From NCBI GenBank assembly GCA_963665125.2, contig CAXXUK010000001.1, positions 2,176,001-2,240,000 of the forward strand: 64,000 bases of DNA, given 5' to 3'. The stretch comes from an uncultured Desulfarculus sp. GTDB taxonomy: Bacteria; Desulfobacterota; Desulfarculia; Desulfarculales; Desulfarculaceae. This document shows, piece after piece, positions 1 to 14,103 of this stretch (within the stretch, counting starts at the first letter, position 1; each line of letters opens with the position of its first letter). Both the position numbers and the translations under genes were made by a program. The notes under the pieces were generated by a model. The model worked only from the letters and a program-made list of their open reading frames with translations. It had not been told where the DNA came from and did not search any database.

Positions 1-1
1 G

Positions 2-739
2 GCCGTGCGGGCCCTGGGCGCCGAAAATGTCGTGGGCGTGACAATGCCCAGCCAATACACCAGCGAAGAGACGCGCTCTGACGCCGAACTACTGGCCGCC
101 AACCTTGGCATCAGGTTGCTCACCGTGCCGGTGAAGAACATCTACGAGGTGTCCATCAACGAGATGGCCCAGGCTCTGGGGCCGGGCAAACTGGGCGTGG
201 AAGCCGAAAACCTCCAGGCCAGGATCAGGGGAAACATCCTGATGACCCTGTCCAACCGCTTCGGCTGGCTGGTGCTGACCACCGGCAACAAGAGCGAGAC
301 GGCGGTGGGCTATTGCACCCTCTACGGCGACATGGCCGGCGGTTTTGCCCTGATCAAGGACGTACCCAAGACCCTGGTCTATCAACTGGCCCAGAGGGTC
401 AACGAGTTGTTCGGGAGCGAAGTCATTCCGGCCAGCACCATCGAGCGGCCGCCCACGGCGGAACTGCGGCCCGACCAGAAAGACTCGGACTCGCTGCCCG
501 AATACGACGACCTGGACCCGATCCTCAGGGCCTACGTGGAAGACGACAAGGTCCTGGATGAAGTGGCCGCCCTGGGTCACGCCCCCAAGGACACGGTGGC
601 CAAGGTCGTACGCATGGTGGACGTAAACGAATACAAGCGCAGGCAGGCGCCGCCGGGCGTCAAGATCACACCCAAGGCCTTTGGCCGCGACCGCCGCCTG
701 CCCATCACCAACCGGTACCGTCCCGGCTGGGAGAGCTGA
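2..739 (+). CDS. nadE: NAD+ synthetase, C-terminal synthetase domain (5'-truncated by window; probably the glutamine-dependent two-domain type)
   Basis: Motifs [34 protein letters not shown] and [11 protein letters not shown]...RRLPITN. The frame is open from the window edge. Confidence 0.93.
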   Translation, partial: AVRALGAENVVGVTMPSQYTSEETRSDAELLAANLGIRLLTVPVKNIYEVSINEMAQALGPGKLGVEAENLQARIRGNILMTLSNRFGWLVLTTGNKSETAVGYCTLYGDMAGGFALIKDVPKTLVYQLAQRVNELFGSEVIPASTIERPPTAELRPDQKDSDSLPEYDDLDPILRAYVEDDKVLDEVAALGHAPKDTVAKVVRMVDVNEYKRRQAPPGVKITPKAFGRDRRLPITNRYRPGWES

Positions 740-1416
740 TGAAGGTCCTGGTCACCCAGCATCACATCGCCGAACCGGCGGGCACGTTCGGCGATTTTCT
801 GGCCGAGCGCGGCTGTGCCCTGGATGTGCGGCATCTGCACCTGGGCCACAAGCTTCCCGACTCGCTGGACGGCTATGGCTTGGTGATCAGCATGGGCGGC
901 CCCATGAACGTCTATGACGAGGACGAACACCCCTGGCTGGCCGACGAGACGGCCATGCTGGCCCGGGCCATGCGCTCCGGCCTGCCCACGGTGGGCATTT
1001 GCCTGGGCTCCCAGCTCATGGCCAAGGCCCTGGGCGCGGCGGTGGTCGACAGTCCCCAGCCGGAGATCGGCTGGTTCAGCACCCGGCTAAATGACGCTGG
1101 GGTGGCCGACCCTGTATTCAAGGGTATTGACCGGGAGCTGACGGTGTTACAATTTCACAATGACATGTTTCAGGTGCCCGAGGGCGCGCAGCTGTTGGCC
1201 GGGTCGGAGCGATGCCCCCACCAGGCCTTCCGCTACGGCCTGAGCTACGGGTTTCAGTTTCATGTGGAGGTTACCGCGGGGATCATCGATCCGTGGTACC
1301 GCAATGACGACCAGCGCAAGGAAATAGCTCCGGGCTGGAAAAACCAGGGCCTGACCATGCGAAAACAGGCCTGGCAGATGTATGAAAACTACTGGGCCGT
1401 GCTGGAAAGCCGCTAG
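739..1416 (+). CDS. Class I (type 1) glutamine amidotransferase
   Basis: GGPMNVY, nucleophile elbow GICLGSQ and QFHVE (Cys-His-Glu triad). TGATG overlap with the nadE stop. Confidence 0.9.
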   Translation: MKVLVTQHHIAEPAGTFGDFLAERGCALDVRHLHLGHKLPDSLDGYGLVISMGGPMNVYDEDEHPWLADETAMLARAMRSGLPTVGICLGSQLMAKALGAAVVDSPQPEIGWFSTRLNDAGVADPVFKGIDRELTVLQFHNDMFQVPEGAQLLAGSERCPHQAFRYGLSYGFQFHVEVTAGIIDPWYRNDDQRKEIAPGWKNQGLTMRKQAWQMYENYWAVLESR

Positions 1417-1507
1417 GCGGCGGACCAGATAAAACAAACCGGCCCGGGGACGCAATATAAATCGCCGCGAAAACCATTGGCGCGGCCAGTGTAGGGACTG
1501 CACGGGA

Positions 1508-6091
<4,584 letters not shown>

Positions 6092-6139
6092 TGCGCATGT
6101 TTTTGCGAAACGACAACATTCAAACGACTGGTGGCGTAA

Positions 6140-7597
6140 ATGGGTAAGCCAGACGCATTCATAGAGACCAAGAGAAAGAACTTTGACAAGCAGGGCATCA
6201 ACGAGCGCCTGGGCCATTACATGGAATTTTATCTGCCTATGGCCGAGGATGACGTGCGCGAGCAGGCCTCCCGCTGCATGAACTGCGGCGTGCCGTTCTG
6301 CCACAGCTTTGGCTGCCCCCTGGGCAACCAGATTCCCGAATGGAACGAGCTGATCTACAACGGCCACTGGAAAGAGGCCTGCGACCTGCTGCATTCCACC
6401 AACAACTTCCCGGAGTTCACCGGCAGGCTCTGTCCCGCCCTGTGCGAGGCGGCCTGCACCCTGAACCTGGACCAGGATTCGGTCACCATCCGCCAGAACG
6501 AATACACCATCGTCGAGCGCGGCTGGCAGGAGGGCTGGGTCTTGCCCCGGCCGCCCAAGGCCGAAACCGGCAAAAGCGTTGCCGTCATCGGTTCGGGACC
6601 GGCCGGCATGGCCGCGGCCCAGCAACTGCGCCGGGCCGGGCACAAGGTTGCGCTTTTTGACAAGTCGCCCCGTTTGGGCGGAATCCTGCGCTTCGGCATT
6701 CCCGACTACAAGCTGGAAAAGTCGATCATCGACCGCCGCCTGGAGCAGATGAAGGCCGAAGGCGTCATCTTCGAACCCAACGTCAATGTCGGTGTGGACG
6801 TGTCTCCGGCATACCTGATGAACCGCTACGACGCGGTATGCATCTGCACCGGTTCCAGCGTGCCCCGGGATCTGCCAGTCCCCGGCCGCGAGTTGGACGG
6901 CGTGCATTTCGCCATGGAATACCTGGTCCAGCAAAACCTGCGGGTGGCTGGACTTCCCGTCAACGAAACCGAAATCACCGCCAAGAACAAGCGGGTGGTG
7001 GTCATCGGCGGTGGCGACACCGGAGCCGACTGCCTGGGCACGGCACTGCGCCAAGGCGCCATTAGCGTGCACCAGTTCGAAATCATGCCCCGGCCGCCGG
7101 CCAAACGCGACACCACCACGCCGTGGCCCCAATGGCCCTATATGCTCAGAAGCAGCACCAGCCACGAAGAAGGCGGCGAACGCCGCTGGTGCGTGGCCAC
7201 CGAAAAGTTCACCGGTTCCGACGGCAAACTGACCGGCCTCAATGGTTATGAGGTAAGCTGGTCCACCGATGAAGACGGCCGCCAGCGGATGAACAAGTTG
7301 GAGGGCAGCGAGTTTGAGATGGACTGCGACATGGTTCTGTTGGCCATGGGCTTTGTCCATCCCCAGCGCATCGGCCTTGTGGAGCAACTTGGCCTGACCC
7401 TGGACCCGCGGGGCAACATTGCCACCGGCGAGGACATGATGACATCCACCCAAGGTGTATTCGCCGCCGGCGACGCCAGGTCGGGCCAGTCCCTCGTGGT
7501 CTGGGCCATGATGGCGGGCAGGCGCATGGCCCACTTTGTGGATAAATATATTATGGGAGATTCGGCGCTGCCATGCCCCGAATTAACGGGACCATAA
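6140..7597 (+). CDS. gltD: Glutamate synthase small subunit (NAD(P)H)
   Basis: RCMNCGVPFC, GRLCPALCE, GSGPAG, GGGDTGADC and GVFAAGD; directly follows gltB. Confidence 0.97.
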   Translation: MGKPDAFIETKRKNFDKQGINERLGHYMEFYLPMAEDDVREQASRCMNCGVPFCHSFGCPLGNQIPEWNELIYNGHWKEACDLLHSTNNFPEFTGRLCPALCEAACTLNLDQDSVTIRQNEYTIVERGWQEGWVLPRPPKAETGKSVAVIGSGPAGMAAAQQLRRAGHKVALFDKSPRLGGILRFGIPDYKLEKSIIDRRLEQMKAEGVIFEPNVNVGVDVSPAYLMNRYDAVCICTGSSVPRDLPVPGRELDGVHFAMEYLVQQNLRVAGLPVNETEITAKNKRVVVIGGGDTGADCLGTALRQGAISVHQFEIMPRPPAKRDTTTPWPQWPYMLRSSTSHEEGGERRWCVATEKFTGSDGKLTGLNGYEVSWSTDEDGRQRMNKLEGSEFEMDCDMVLLAMGFVHPQRIGLVEQLGLTLDPRGNIATGEDMMTSTQGVFAAGDARSGQSLVVWAMMAGRRMAHFVDKYIMGDSALPCPELTGP

Positions 7598-7700
7598 GCA
7601 GCGGCGGCTTTGCATATTATACGACCTATAGGGTAGCATTAAGATGAGCAAGGCCAGGGTGTTACCGATTAACGGGCGACGTGAGGCGGGAAAAAAAAAG

Positions 7701-9263
7701 ATGAAGCCACAGGCCGCACCTGAAAACATTCGCCGGGAAGTTGAAGAACTTCAGCTGCTTTTCAAGATCAGCCAGATTCTGGACATGAGTCTTGATTTGC
7801 GGGACGTGGTGCAACCGATTCTGGAGGCGATGGCCGAGCATATGGACATGCTTCGGGGAACCATTACCCTTCTCAATCGCGAAACCGGTGAGATCCAGAT
7901 CGAGGCAGCCCATGGCCTCAGCGCTCAACAGCGCCGCAGGGGCCGTTACCAGATCGGTGAGGGCATTGTGGGCAAGGTCGTGCAAACCGGCCAGCCCACG
8001 GTTGTTAAAAATATCGCCGAGGACCCGCGCTTTCTGGACCGGACCCAGTCAAGGGCCGCCGAAGACCGCCGGGACATCAGCTTTATTTGCGTGCCGATCA
8101 AGATAGGCCAGGAGGTCATCGGCACCCTCAGCGCGGACAGACATTTTGCCGACGACTTGATCCTGGAGGAAGAAGTGCGCCTCATGGGCGTGATCTCGTC
8201 CATGATCGCCCAGTCGGTGAGCCTGCGGCGCAAATCCATGGAAGAGCGCGAACGCCTCCTTGAGGAAAACACCCGTCTGCAGGCCAAGCTCAAGGACCGC
8301 TTCCATCCGGCGAACATCATCGGCAATTCCAAGGCCATGCAGGATGTCTACGAGCTGGTGGGCCAAGTTTCTGCCAGCGACGCCACCGTGCTTATCCGGG
8401 GGGAAAGCGGAACCGGTAAAGAGTTGGTGGCCCATGCCATCCATTACAACAGCCTGCGCTCCCAGCGGCCCTTTATCCGCGTCAACTGCGCGGCACTGCC
8501 CGAAAACGTCATCGAGAGCGAGCTGTTCGGCCATGAAAAAGGCGCTTTTACCGGCGCGCTTCAGCAGCGCAAGGGGCGTTTTGAGCTGGCCACCGGCGGC
8601 ACGATTTTCCTGGACGAAATCGGCGACCTCTCGCCTACGATCCAGGTCAAACTGCTGCGGGTCCTCCAAGAAAAAGAATTCGAACGCGTAGGCGGCAACC
8701 AGACCATCAAGGTGGACGTACGCATCATCACCGCCACCAACCGCGACCTCGAGGACCTGGTGGCCAAGTCGGAGTTTCGCCAGGATCTGTACTACCGCCT
8801 CAACGTTTTCCCGGTGCACCTGCCGGCCCTGCGGGAGCGCGGCAGCGACATCCTGATCCTGGCCAATCACTTTGTTGAGCGTTTCAGCAGGGCGGCCGGG
8901 AAAAATGTCAAGCGCATCAGCACCCCGGCCATTGACATGCTCATGAGCTACCATTGGCCCGGCAACGTCCGCGAGTTGGAAAACTGCATCGAGCGCGCGG
9001 TAATCCTCAGTGTTGACGATGTATTGCATGGCCACCATCTGCCGCCGACCCTGCAAACGGCCGAAGCCAGCGGCACGGTGGTCAGCGGCACGTTGCAGGA
9101 GGCCCTGGAGAACCTGGAACGCGAATTGATTATCGAGGCCTTGAAGAATTCACGGGGCAACCGGGCCAAGGCGGCCAGGACCCTGGGAGTTACGGAAAGG
9201 GTCATGGGGCTGCGGGTCGACAAGTTCGGAATCGACCCCAAGCGCTACCGCTCCAACGTGTAG
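7701..9263 (+). CDS. Sigma54-dependent activator, NifA-like GAF-AAA+-HTH architecture (alternative start 7644)
   Basis: N-terminal GAF (GEGIVGKV...SFICVPI), Walker [31 protein letters not shown] and a C-terminal Fis-type HTH; no receiver domain. Confidence 0.92.
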   Translation: MKPQAAPENIRREVEELQLLFKISQILDMSLDLRDVVQPILEAMAEHMDMLRGTITLLNRETGEIQIEAAHGLSAQQRRRGRYQIGEGIVGKVVQTGQPTVVKNIAEDPRFLDRTQSRAAEDRRDISFICVPIKIGQEVIGTLSADRHFADDLILEEEVRLMGVISSMIAQSVSLRRKSMEERERLLEENTRLQAKLKDRFHPANIIGNSKAMQDVYELVGQVSASDATVLIRGESGTGKELVAHAIHYNSLRSQRPFIRVNCAALPENVIESELFGHEKGAFTGALQQRKGRFELATGGTIFLDEIGDLSPTIQVKLLRVLQEKEFERVGGNQTIKVDVRIITATNRDLEDLVAKSEFRQDLYYRLNVFPVHLPALRERGSDILILANHFVERFSRAAGKNVKRISTPAIDMLMSYHWPGNVRELENCIERAVILSVDDVLHGHHLPPTLQTAEASGTVVSGTLQEALENLERELIIEALKNSRGNRAKAARTLGVTERVMGLRVDKFGIDPKRYRSNV

Positions 9264-9277
9264 GAACAAAACCACTT

Positions 9278-9295
9278 TCATACATTTATGTATGA
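9278..9295. promoter_or_regulatory. Palindrome TCATACA-TTTA-TGTATGA, candidate enhancer (UAS) for the sigma54 promoter at 9392
   Basis: Perfect 7-bp inverted repeat about 100 bp upstream of the -24 box; the same core recurs upstream of glnA. Confidence 0.6.
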
Positions 9296-9311
9296 TTTGA
9301 TGTGACTATTC

Positions 9312-9341
9312 AGGCCGCCCTTCAGGGCGGCCTTCATTTTA
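9312..9341 (+). terminator. Probable intrinsic terminator after the activator gene
   Basis: AGGCCGCCCT/AGGGCGGCCT stem followed by TCATTTTA. Confidence 0.6.
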
Positions 9342-9391
9342 TCTCCCCGAAATAACTAGCCAAAAAACTTTATTTATTCAACCTACGCAAC

Positions 9392-9407
9392 TTGGCACAA
9401 CCGTTGC
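9392..9407 (+). promoter_or_regulatory. Sigma54 (-24/-12) promoter of the porin-amtB-PII operon
   Basis: TTGGCAC-AACCG-TTGC matches TGGCAC-N5-TTGC exactly and follows an AT-rich tract. Confidence 0.88.
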
Positions 9408-9497
9408 CATACCTATGCCCGACCCTAGGAGTAAGGAACTCCCTTGGGGCAAGGGAAAAACAACTGGATTGATTCACTGAAGTGTATGGAGAGGAAA

Positions 9498-10268
9498 ATG
9501 AAAAAGCTGGTAGCAATTTTGACCATGGTAATGGCCCTGACTGTGGGATCTCTAATTCCCGCGTCGGCCGAAGAAAGTTCCAAGATCGTACCTACCGTTG
9601 ACTTGGACCTGACCTTTAACAGCAAGTATGTCTGGCGCGGCATGCTCCTGGTCGATGACTGGGTAGCTCAGCCCTCGGTCACCGCCGGCATCGGCGGCTT
9701 CAGCGTCAACGTCTGGGGCGACTACAACCTGACCGATGAAAACGGCAAGCAGAAAGAGTTCGACGAGATCGACATCACCTTGGACTACACCTTCTCTCTG
9801 GGTGACTTCTCGATTCCCGTTGGTGTGATCGTCTATACCTTCCCCGGCGGCGGCAATGATACTTCTGAGCTCTACGTCGGCCTCGGCTACGACTGGATCG
9901 TCAGCCCCAGCGTGACCGTGTACCACGACGTGGACGAGGTCGCCGGCGCCTTCTACATCCTGGGCAGCTTGGACTACAGCTATGAACTGCCCGTGGGCGA
10001 CAAGGTCAGCGCCAGCATCGACTTGGGCGCCAGCATCGGCTGGGGCAACGAAGAGTACAACACCGGTTACTTTGGTGTGGAAGACCCGCACTTCACGGAC
10101 TGGTCGGTCTCCCTGGCCATTCCCATCGGCTTCTGCGAATACTTCACTGTTACTCCGGCTGTGACCTACACCGCCCTGGTTGACAGTGAAATCCGCGACG
10201 CCGGCAAGGCCGCCTACACCGAAGATTCCAACGTTTTCTACGGCATCTCTTTCACGGCCTCCTTCTAA
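9498..10268 (+). CDS. Putative outer-membrane beta-barrel/porin (TorF/Gcw_chp-like) associated with amtB
   Basis: GAGG RBS, signal peptide MKKLVAIL...PASA, SKYVWRG...QPS and EIDITLDY motifs, amphipathic beta pattern and terminal Phe. Confidence 0.75.
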   Translation: MKKLVAILTMVMALTVGSLIPASAEESSKIVPTVDLDLTFNSKYVWRGMLLVDDWVAQPSVTAGIGGFSVNVWGDYNLTDENGKQKEFDEIDITLDYTFSLGDFSIPVGVIVYTFPGGGNDTSELYVGLGYDWIVSPSVTVYHDVDEVAGAFYILGSLDYSYELPVGDKVSASIDLGASIGWGNEEYNTGYFGVEDPHFTDWSVSLAIPIGFCEYFTVTPAVTYTALVDSEIRDAGKAAYTEDSNVFYGISFTASF

Positions 10269-10339
10269 GGAGTTAAAGAGGCAAACGAATGGTCCGGCCC
10301 CTGGCACCGGGGCCGGACCTAAAAAAAGGAGCGGCTAGA

Positions 10340-11677
10340 ATGCTAAAGCGAATTACTAGAAACCTTTCAACATTGGTAGCCCTTGGGCTGCTGTTGCCCG
10401 GCGCCGCTTTGGCCGAAGAGGCTGCTGCACCCAAAGTCAGCGACCTTGACACCATCTGGGTCCTCTTGGCCGCCTACCTTGTGTTCTTCATGCAGCCGGG
10501 CTTCGCCATGCTCGAGGCGGGCCTCACAAGGGCCAAGAACGCCGTGAACATCCTGGCCAAGAACTTCATGGACTTCACCGTGGCCAGTATCATGTACTTC
10601 CTGATTGGTTACGGCCTGATGTTCGGCGACGGCAACTCTTTCATCGGCCTCAGCGGTTTCGGCCTCAGCGGCTTTGAAAGCGACGGCATCCCGGTCTACG
10701 CGGCCTGGATGTTCCAGGCAGTCTTCTGCGGTACCGCGGCCACCATCGTTTCCGGTGGCATGGCCGAGCGCACCAAGTTTACAAGTTACCTTATCTTCAC
10801 TCTGATCATGACGTCGGTTGTCTACCCCATCATCGGTCACTGGACCTGGGGCGGCGGCTGGCTCTCACAGATGGACTTCTTCGACTTCGCCGGTTCGACC
10901 ATCGTCCACGGCACCGGCGGCTGGGTCGCCCTGGTCGGCACCCTGTTCCTTGGGCCGCGTATCGGCAAGTACCTGCCCGACGGCAAGGCCAAGGTCCTGG
11001 CGGGTCACAACATAACCCTGGCAGCCCTGGGCGTGTTCATCCTCTGGTTCGGTTGGTTCGGATTCAACCCCGGTTCGCAGTTGGCTGCCTCTGGTGTTGA
11101 CAACGCCGAAGCCATCGCCCTGATCACCATCAACACCAACCTCTCGGCCGCAGCCGGCGCCATGACCGCCATGTTCCTGGTGTGGCTGATGTGGGGCAAG
11201 CCTGACCTTACCATGTGCATGAACGGCGCCTTGGCCGGCCTGGTCGCCATCACCGCCCCCTGCGCGGTCGTCTCCCCCGGCGCCGCCATCGTCATCGGCA
11301 TCTGCTCCGGCGTGATAGTGGTCATGGGCGTCATGATGCTCGACAAGCTGCACATCGACGACCCCGTTGGTGCTATCCCGGTTCACGGCTTCAACGGTAT
11401 GTTCGGCACCATCGCCGTGGGTATCTGGGGCCAGAAGGCTCTAGGCCTGGCCAACGACGGTATCCTGCACGGCGGCGGATTCACGCAGCTGGGCATCCAG
11501 ATCACCGGTACGGTGGCCTGTGCGGCATTCGCCATGGTAAGTATGGCCATAGTGTTCTTCATCGTCAGCAAGACCGTGGGTCTGCGCGTCAGCCGCGAGG
11601 AAGAACTCAAGGGTCTGGACATTGAAGAACACGGTATGGAAGCATATTCCGACTTCCAGATCTTCACGACCCGCTAG
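10340..11677 (+). CDS. amtB: Ammonium transporter
   Basis: FFMQPGFAMLEAG, DFAGSTIVH, LWFGWFGFN, NGALAGLVAIT and DDPVGAIPVH; AAGGAG RBS before ATG 10340. Confidence 0.96.
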   Translation: MLKRITRNLSTLVALGLLLPGAALAEEAAAPKVSDLDTIWVLLAAYLVFFMQPGFAMLEAGLTRAKNAVNILAKNFMDFTVASIMYFLIGYGLMFGDGNSFIGLSGFGLSGFESDGIPVYAAWMFQAVFCGTAATIVSGGMAERTKFTSYLIFTLIMTSVVYPIIGHWTWGGGWLSQMDFFDFAGSTIVHGTGGWVALVGTLFLGPRIGKYLPDGKAKVLAGHNITLAALGVFILWFGWFGFNPGSQLAASGVDNAEAIALITINTNLSAAAGAMTAMFLVWLMWGKPDLTMCMNGALAGLVAITAPCAVVSPGAAIVIGICSGVIVVMGVMMLDKLHIDDPVGAIPVHGFNGMFGTIAVGIWGQKALGLANDGILHGGGFTQLGIQITGTVACAAFAMVSMAIVFFIVSKTVGLRVSREEELKGLDIEEHGMEAYSDFQIFTTR

Positions 11678-11692
11678 GAAGGAGGCGCTTAA

Positions 11693-12034
11693 ATGAAGCT
11701 CATAATCGCCTATATCAAGCCCGAACGGCTAAACGATGTAAAGCAGGCCTTGTACGAGGCACAGATATTCAACATGTCGGTCACCAACGTGGTTGGCTCC
11801 GGCCGCCAGCGGGGATTCAGCGAAACCTACCGCGGCGTGGAACAGGAAGTGAACCTGCTGAAGAAAGTCCGCATGGAGATCGGCGTAAACGACGATTTCG
11901 TCGAAGCTGCCAAGGCGGCCATTGTCAAAGGCGCACGCACCGGTGAGATCGGCGACGGAGTGCTCTTCGTCCTGCCCATCGAAGACAGCATGCGCATTAG
12001 AACTGGCGAGGCCGGTCCTCCTGCCATGGGCTAA
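11693..12034 (+). CDS. glnK: P-II nitrogen regulatory protein (GlnK/GlnB family)
   Basis: 113 aa; T-loop GRQRGFSETYRG with the Tyr51 equivalent, TGEIGDG and RIRTGE; adjacent to amtB. Confidence 0.93.
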   Translation: MKLIIAYIKPERLNDVKQALYEAQIFNMSVTNVVGSGRQRGFSETYRGVEQEVNLLKKVRMEIGVNDDFVEAAKAAIVKGARTGEIGDGVLFVLPIEDSMRIRTGEAGPPAMG

Positions 12035-12048
12035 CGAGGGTCGGAGGG

Positions 12049-12160
12049 TTGGCGGGCCGTTGGCGTCGGCTCGCCAATCCAATTCATAAATAAAAACCTG
12101 TCTTTGAGTCCATTTTTCTCCGGGCGGTTGGCATGCCCAAGCCAACCGCCCACCCCTTTT
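12049..12160 (+). terminator. Two GC-rich hairpins after the PII gene (12049-12077 and 12122-12151), probable terminator region
   Basis: Stems TTGGCGGGCCG/CGGCTCGCCAA and GGGCGGTTGGC/GCCAACCGCCC; the T tract is weak. Confidence 0.5.
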
Positions 12161-12317
12161 CCGGCCCTTGCGCAAGGCGCAGGCCTTATCCCCAAGCCGC
12201 CCTCATCGGCCTCCTGCCAAATCAGCTCTTGAATTTCATACCCCAAATAGGTTTATCCTTTATCCGCGATACGTTATAGTGCCCCCAACCTATATGTAAC
12301 TTTTATGGGAGCCGGCA

Positions 12318-12869
12318 GTGAACGATCTGGAGCGGGAAAAGAAAAAGGGCCTGAGCATCTGGTATCTCAAGGATGTCCTATTCAAGCGGCTGATTCTGCG
12401 CAAGAAATACCATACGCCGGGGTTTGGCTTGGCGGCCCAGCTGTTCGCCTGCATGTCCAAGCGGATCATCGACGAGCTTGGCCCGGAAAAGGGCGAGCAG
12501 CTCATAAAGAAGGCCGTGGAGGATTTCGGACGCAAGCGGGGCGGCCGCATAGCCGAGAGGGTCAAGGCCCTGGGCAAGCCGCTGTCGTTCAAGAACTGGC
12601 TGACCTACACCGACATCGACTCGGGCAATTTCCCGGTTAGCCCCAGGTCTGAAAACGGCGATCTGCTGGCCCCGGTGACCGAGTGCTCGTTCAACAAGGC
12701 CGCCGAGCAGTGGGACATGGTGGAGTATTCCAGCCTGTATTGCAAGTATGCCGATTACGCCATATTGGAGGGCTACAACCCTGACGTGAAGCTGGTCCTG
12801 GAGCAGCGGCACGCCACGGGCAAGGATCATTGCCTGTTTCGGTATATCATGAAGCAGGACAACAAATGA
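12318..12869 (+). CDS. L-2-amino-thiazoline-4-carboxylic acid hydrolase (ATC hydrolase)-family protein
   Basis: Pattern GxExGEQLIKKAVEDFGRKRG...VTEC...W...YC..D.AI.EGYNP...GKDHC.F; GGGAG RBS before GTG. Confidence 0.7.
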   Translation: MNDLEREKKKGLSIWYLKDVLFKRLILRKKYHTPGFGLAAQLFACMSKRIIDELGPEKGEQLIKKAVEDFGRKRGGRIAERVKALGKPLSFKNWLTYTDIDSGNFPVSPRSENGDLLAPVTECSFNKAAEQWDMVEYSSLYCKYADYAILEGYNPDVKLVLEQRHATGKDHCLFRYIMKQDNK

Positions 12870-12870
12870 C

Positions 12871-13662
12871 TCATGACGTCCGATCAATAGATACCGGCGA
12901 TTTGGTGCTGCACGGCATGCCCACCTGGCATTTGGCGCAGACATCGGTGGGGTCTGGCAACCCTTTTGGCCTCATTATGTTGTCATAGTTTTCCCGCAGG
13001 CGGGAATAGCATGCTGCCCGATCCAATCCGTCTTGACTCAACGCCCCGACCGGGCAGGCCTTGATGCACTTGCCGCACTTTTTACCAGCCTTGAGCAAGC
13101 ACAGTTCATCGGTCGTCACCAGGGGATGGTCGCCCAAGTCCAGGTCTGTCACCAAACTGCCCATTCTCCCGCTGCACCCAGCCGGAGTAATGAGCTGGCA
13201 ATTGGTGCCGTAGCGGCCCAGGCCAATCAGGTGGCCCAAATGCTTGTGTGACCACAGGCTCACTAACCGCGACTTGTCGAAATTGTGTGTGGCCGGGGTC
13301 AGAGCCGCCTTGCCGCCGCTGTCTTGGATTAAGCTCTTTAGGCCCTTACCTGCCCGGCCAATCAACTCGTTGGTGGCCACATAAGCCCGGCCCCAACTCA
13401 GAGCAGGCAAATCACCGCCCGTGTTTTCCTGCTGCACGGCGCCGTCAAAAGGCACAAACCATACAACCACGGTTTTTGCTCCGGGCAACAGATCATCAGG
13501 CAAGGCGTGGTCCGGCGCGACTATCTCTTTGAGGCGTTTGAAACGCTCGTCCGCGGGCGCGCAGGCAATGAGAGGCTCCCGCCATATGCGGTCCATATTG
13601 TTTGGGGGGGGATAGGCGGCCACAAAGTCGACGAGCCATTGGGACAGGTCTTGGATATTCAT
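12871..13662 (-). CDS. Epoxyqueuosine reductase (QueG)-like iron-sulfur protein
   Basis: WSHKH.G...GLG.YG, CGKCIKACPVGAL and C..C...PC clusters; AAGGA RBS. Confidence 0.75.
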   Translation of the reverse strand: MNIQDLSQWLVDFVAAYPPPNNMDRIWREPLIACAPADERFKRLKEIVAPDHALPDDLLPGAKTVVVWFVPFDGAVQQENTGGDLPALSWGRAYVATNELIGRAGKGLKSLIQDSGGKAALTPATHNFDKSRLVSLWSHKHLGHLIGLGRYGTNCQLITPAGCSGRMGSLVTDLDLGDHPLVTTDELCLLKAGKKCGKCIKACPVGALSQDGLDRAACYSRLRENYDNIMRPKGLPDPTDVCAKCQVGMPCSTKSPVSIDRTS

Positions 13663-13844
13663 AACGCTGTATTCCTTTTCGCCGCCAAGTGGCGGGCCGT
13701 GGTTCTCTATGGCCGAGGCAACATCGCTTTTCGTTGCTTATACGTATTTAACATACATAAATTTAGCATTATCACAACCCTGCCCATGCCGGGCCAACCC
13801 GTGGCAAGCAATCAAGGCGCAAACGCGCAAAGATCAATCGCGCA

Positions 13845-13893
13845 CATTGACCGCCCCGCCCCATCCGCGCTAATGTTTTCAACAGCAACCAGG
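13845..13893 (+). repeat. Direct repeat copy 1 (49 bp) containing a sigma70-like promoter TTGACC-N18-TAATGT
   Basis: First 28 bp identical to 16280-16307; 43 of 49 positions identical to 16280-16328 (manual alignment). Confidence 0.9.
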
Positions 13894-13898
13894 GCATA

Positions 13899-13979
13899 AA
13901 GCTGGTCCTGCAAGACCACTACGCCACGGGCGAGGAGCCTTGGGTGTTTCGGTATGTGATGAAGGATGGGAATAAGTAG
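13899..13979 (+). pseudogene. 3' remnant of an ATC-hydrolase-family gene (paralog of 12318-12869)
   Basis: Ungapped match to 12789-12869 (59 of 81 nt by manual count). Translates KLVLQDHYATGEEPWVFRYVMKDGNK* versus KLVLEQRHATGKDHCLFRYIMKQDNK*. Confidence 0.85.
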
Positions 13980-14103
13980 TCATTAGAGTATCTTATTAGT
14001 ATTACATGATTATTTTTATTGCCTTACCGATTGTTGTCGTTCTATTGTCTAAAGGGATATCCCATATTTTTGTAAGATATTAACGAACTAAAACAAGGTA
14101 AAA

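Noticed and set aside
1478..1493. TTGGCGC-GGCCA-GTGT upstream of gltB as a sigma54 promoter
   Set aside because: The -12 GC is missing; not supportable.
7701..9263. Calling the activator nifA and inferring nitrogen fixation
   Set aside because: No nif genes in the window and no TGT-N10-ACA site recognised at the target promoters; only the architecture is NifA-like.
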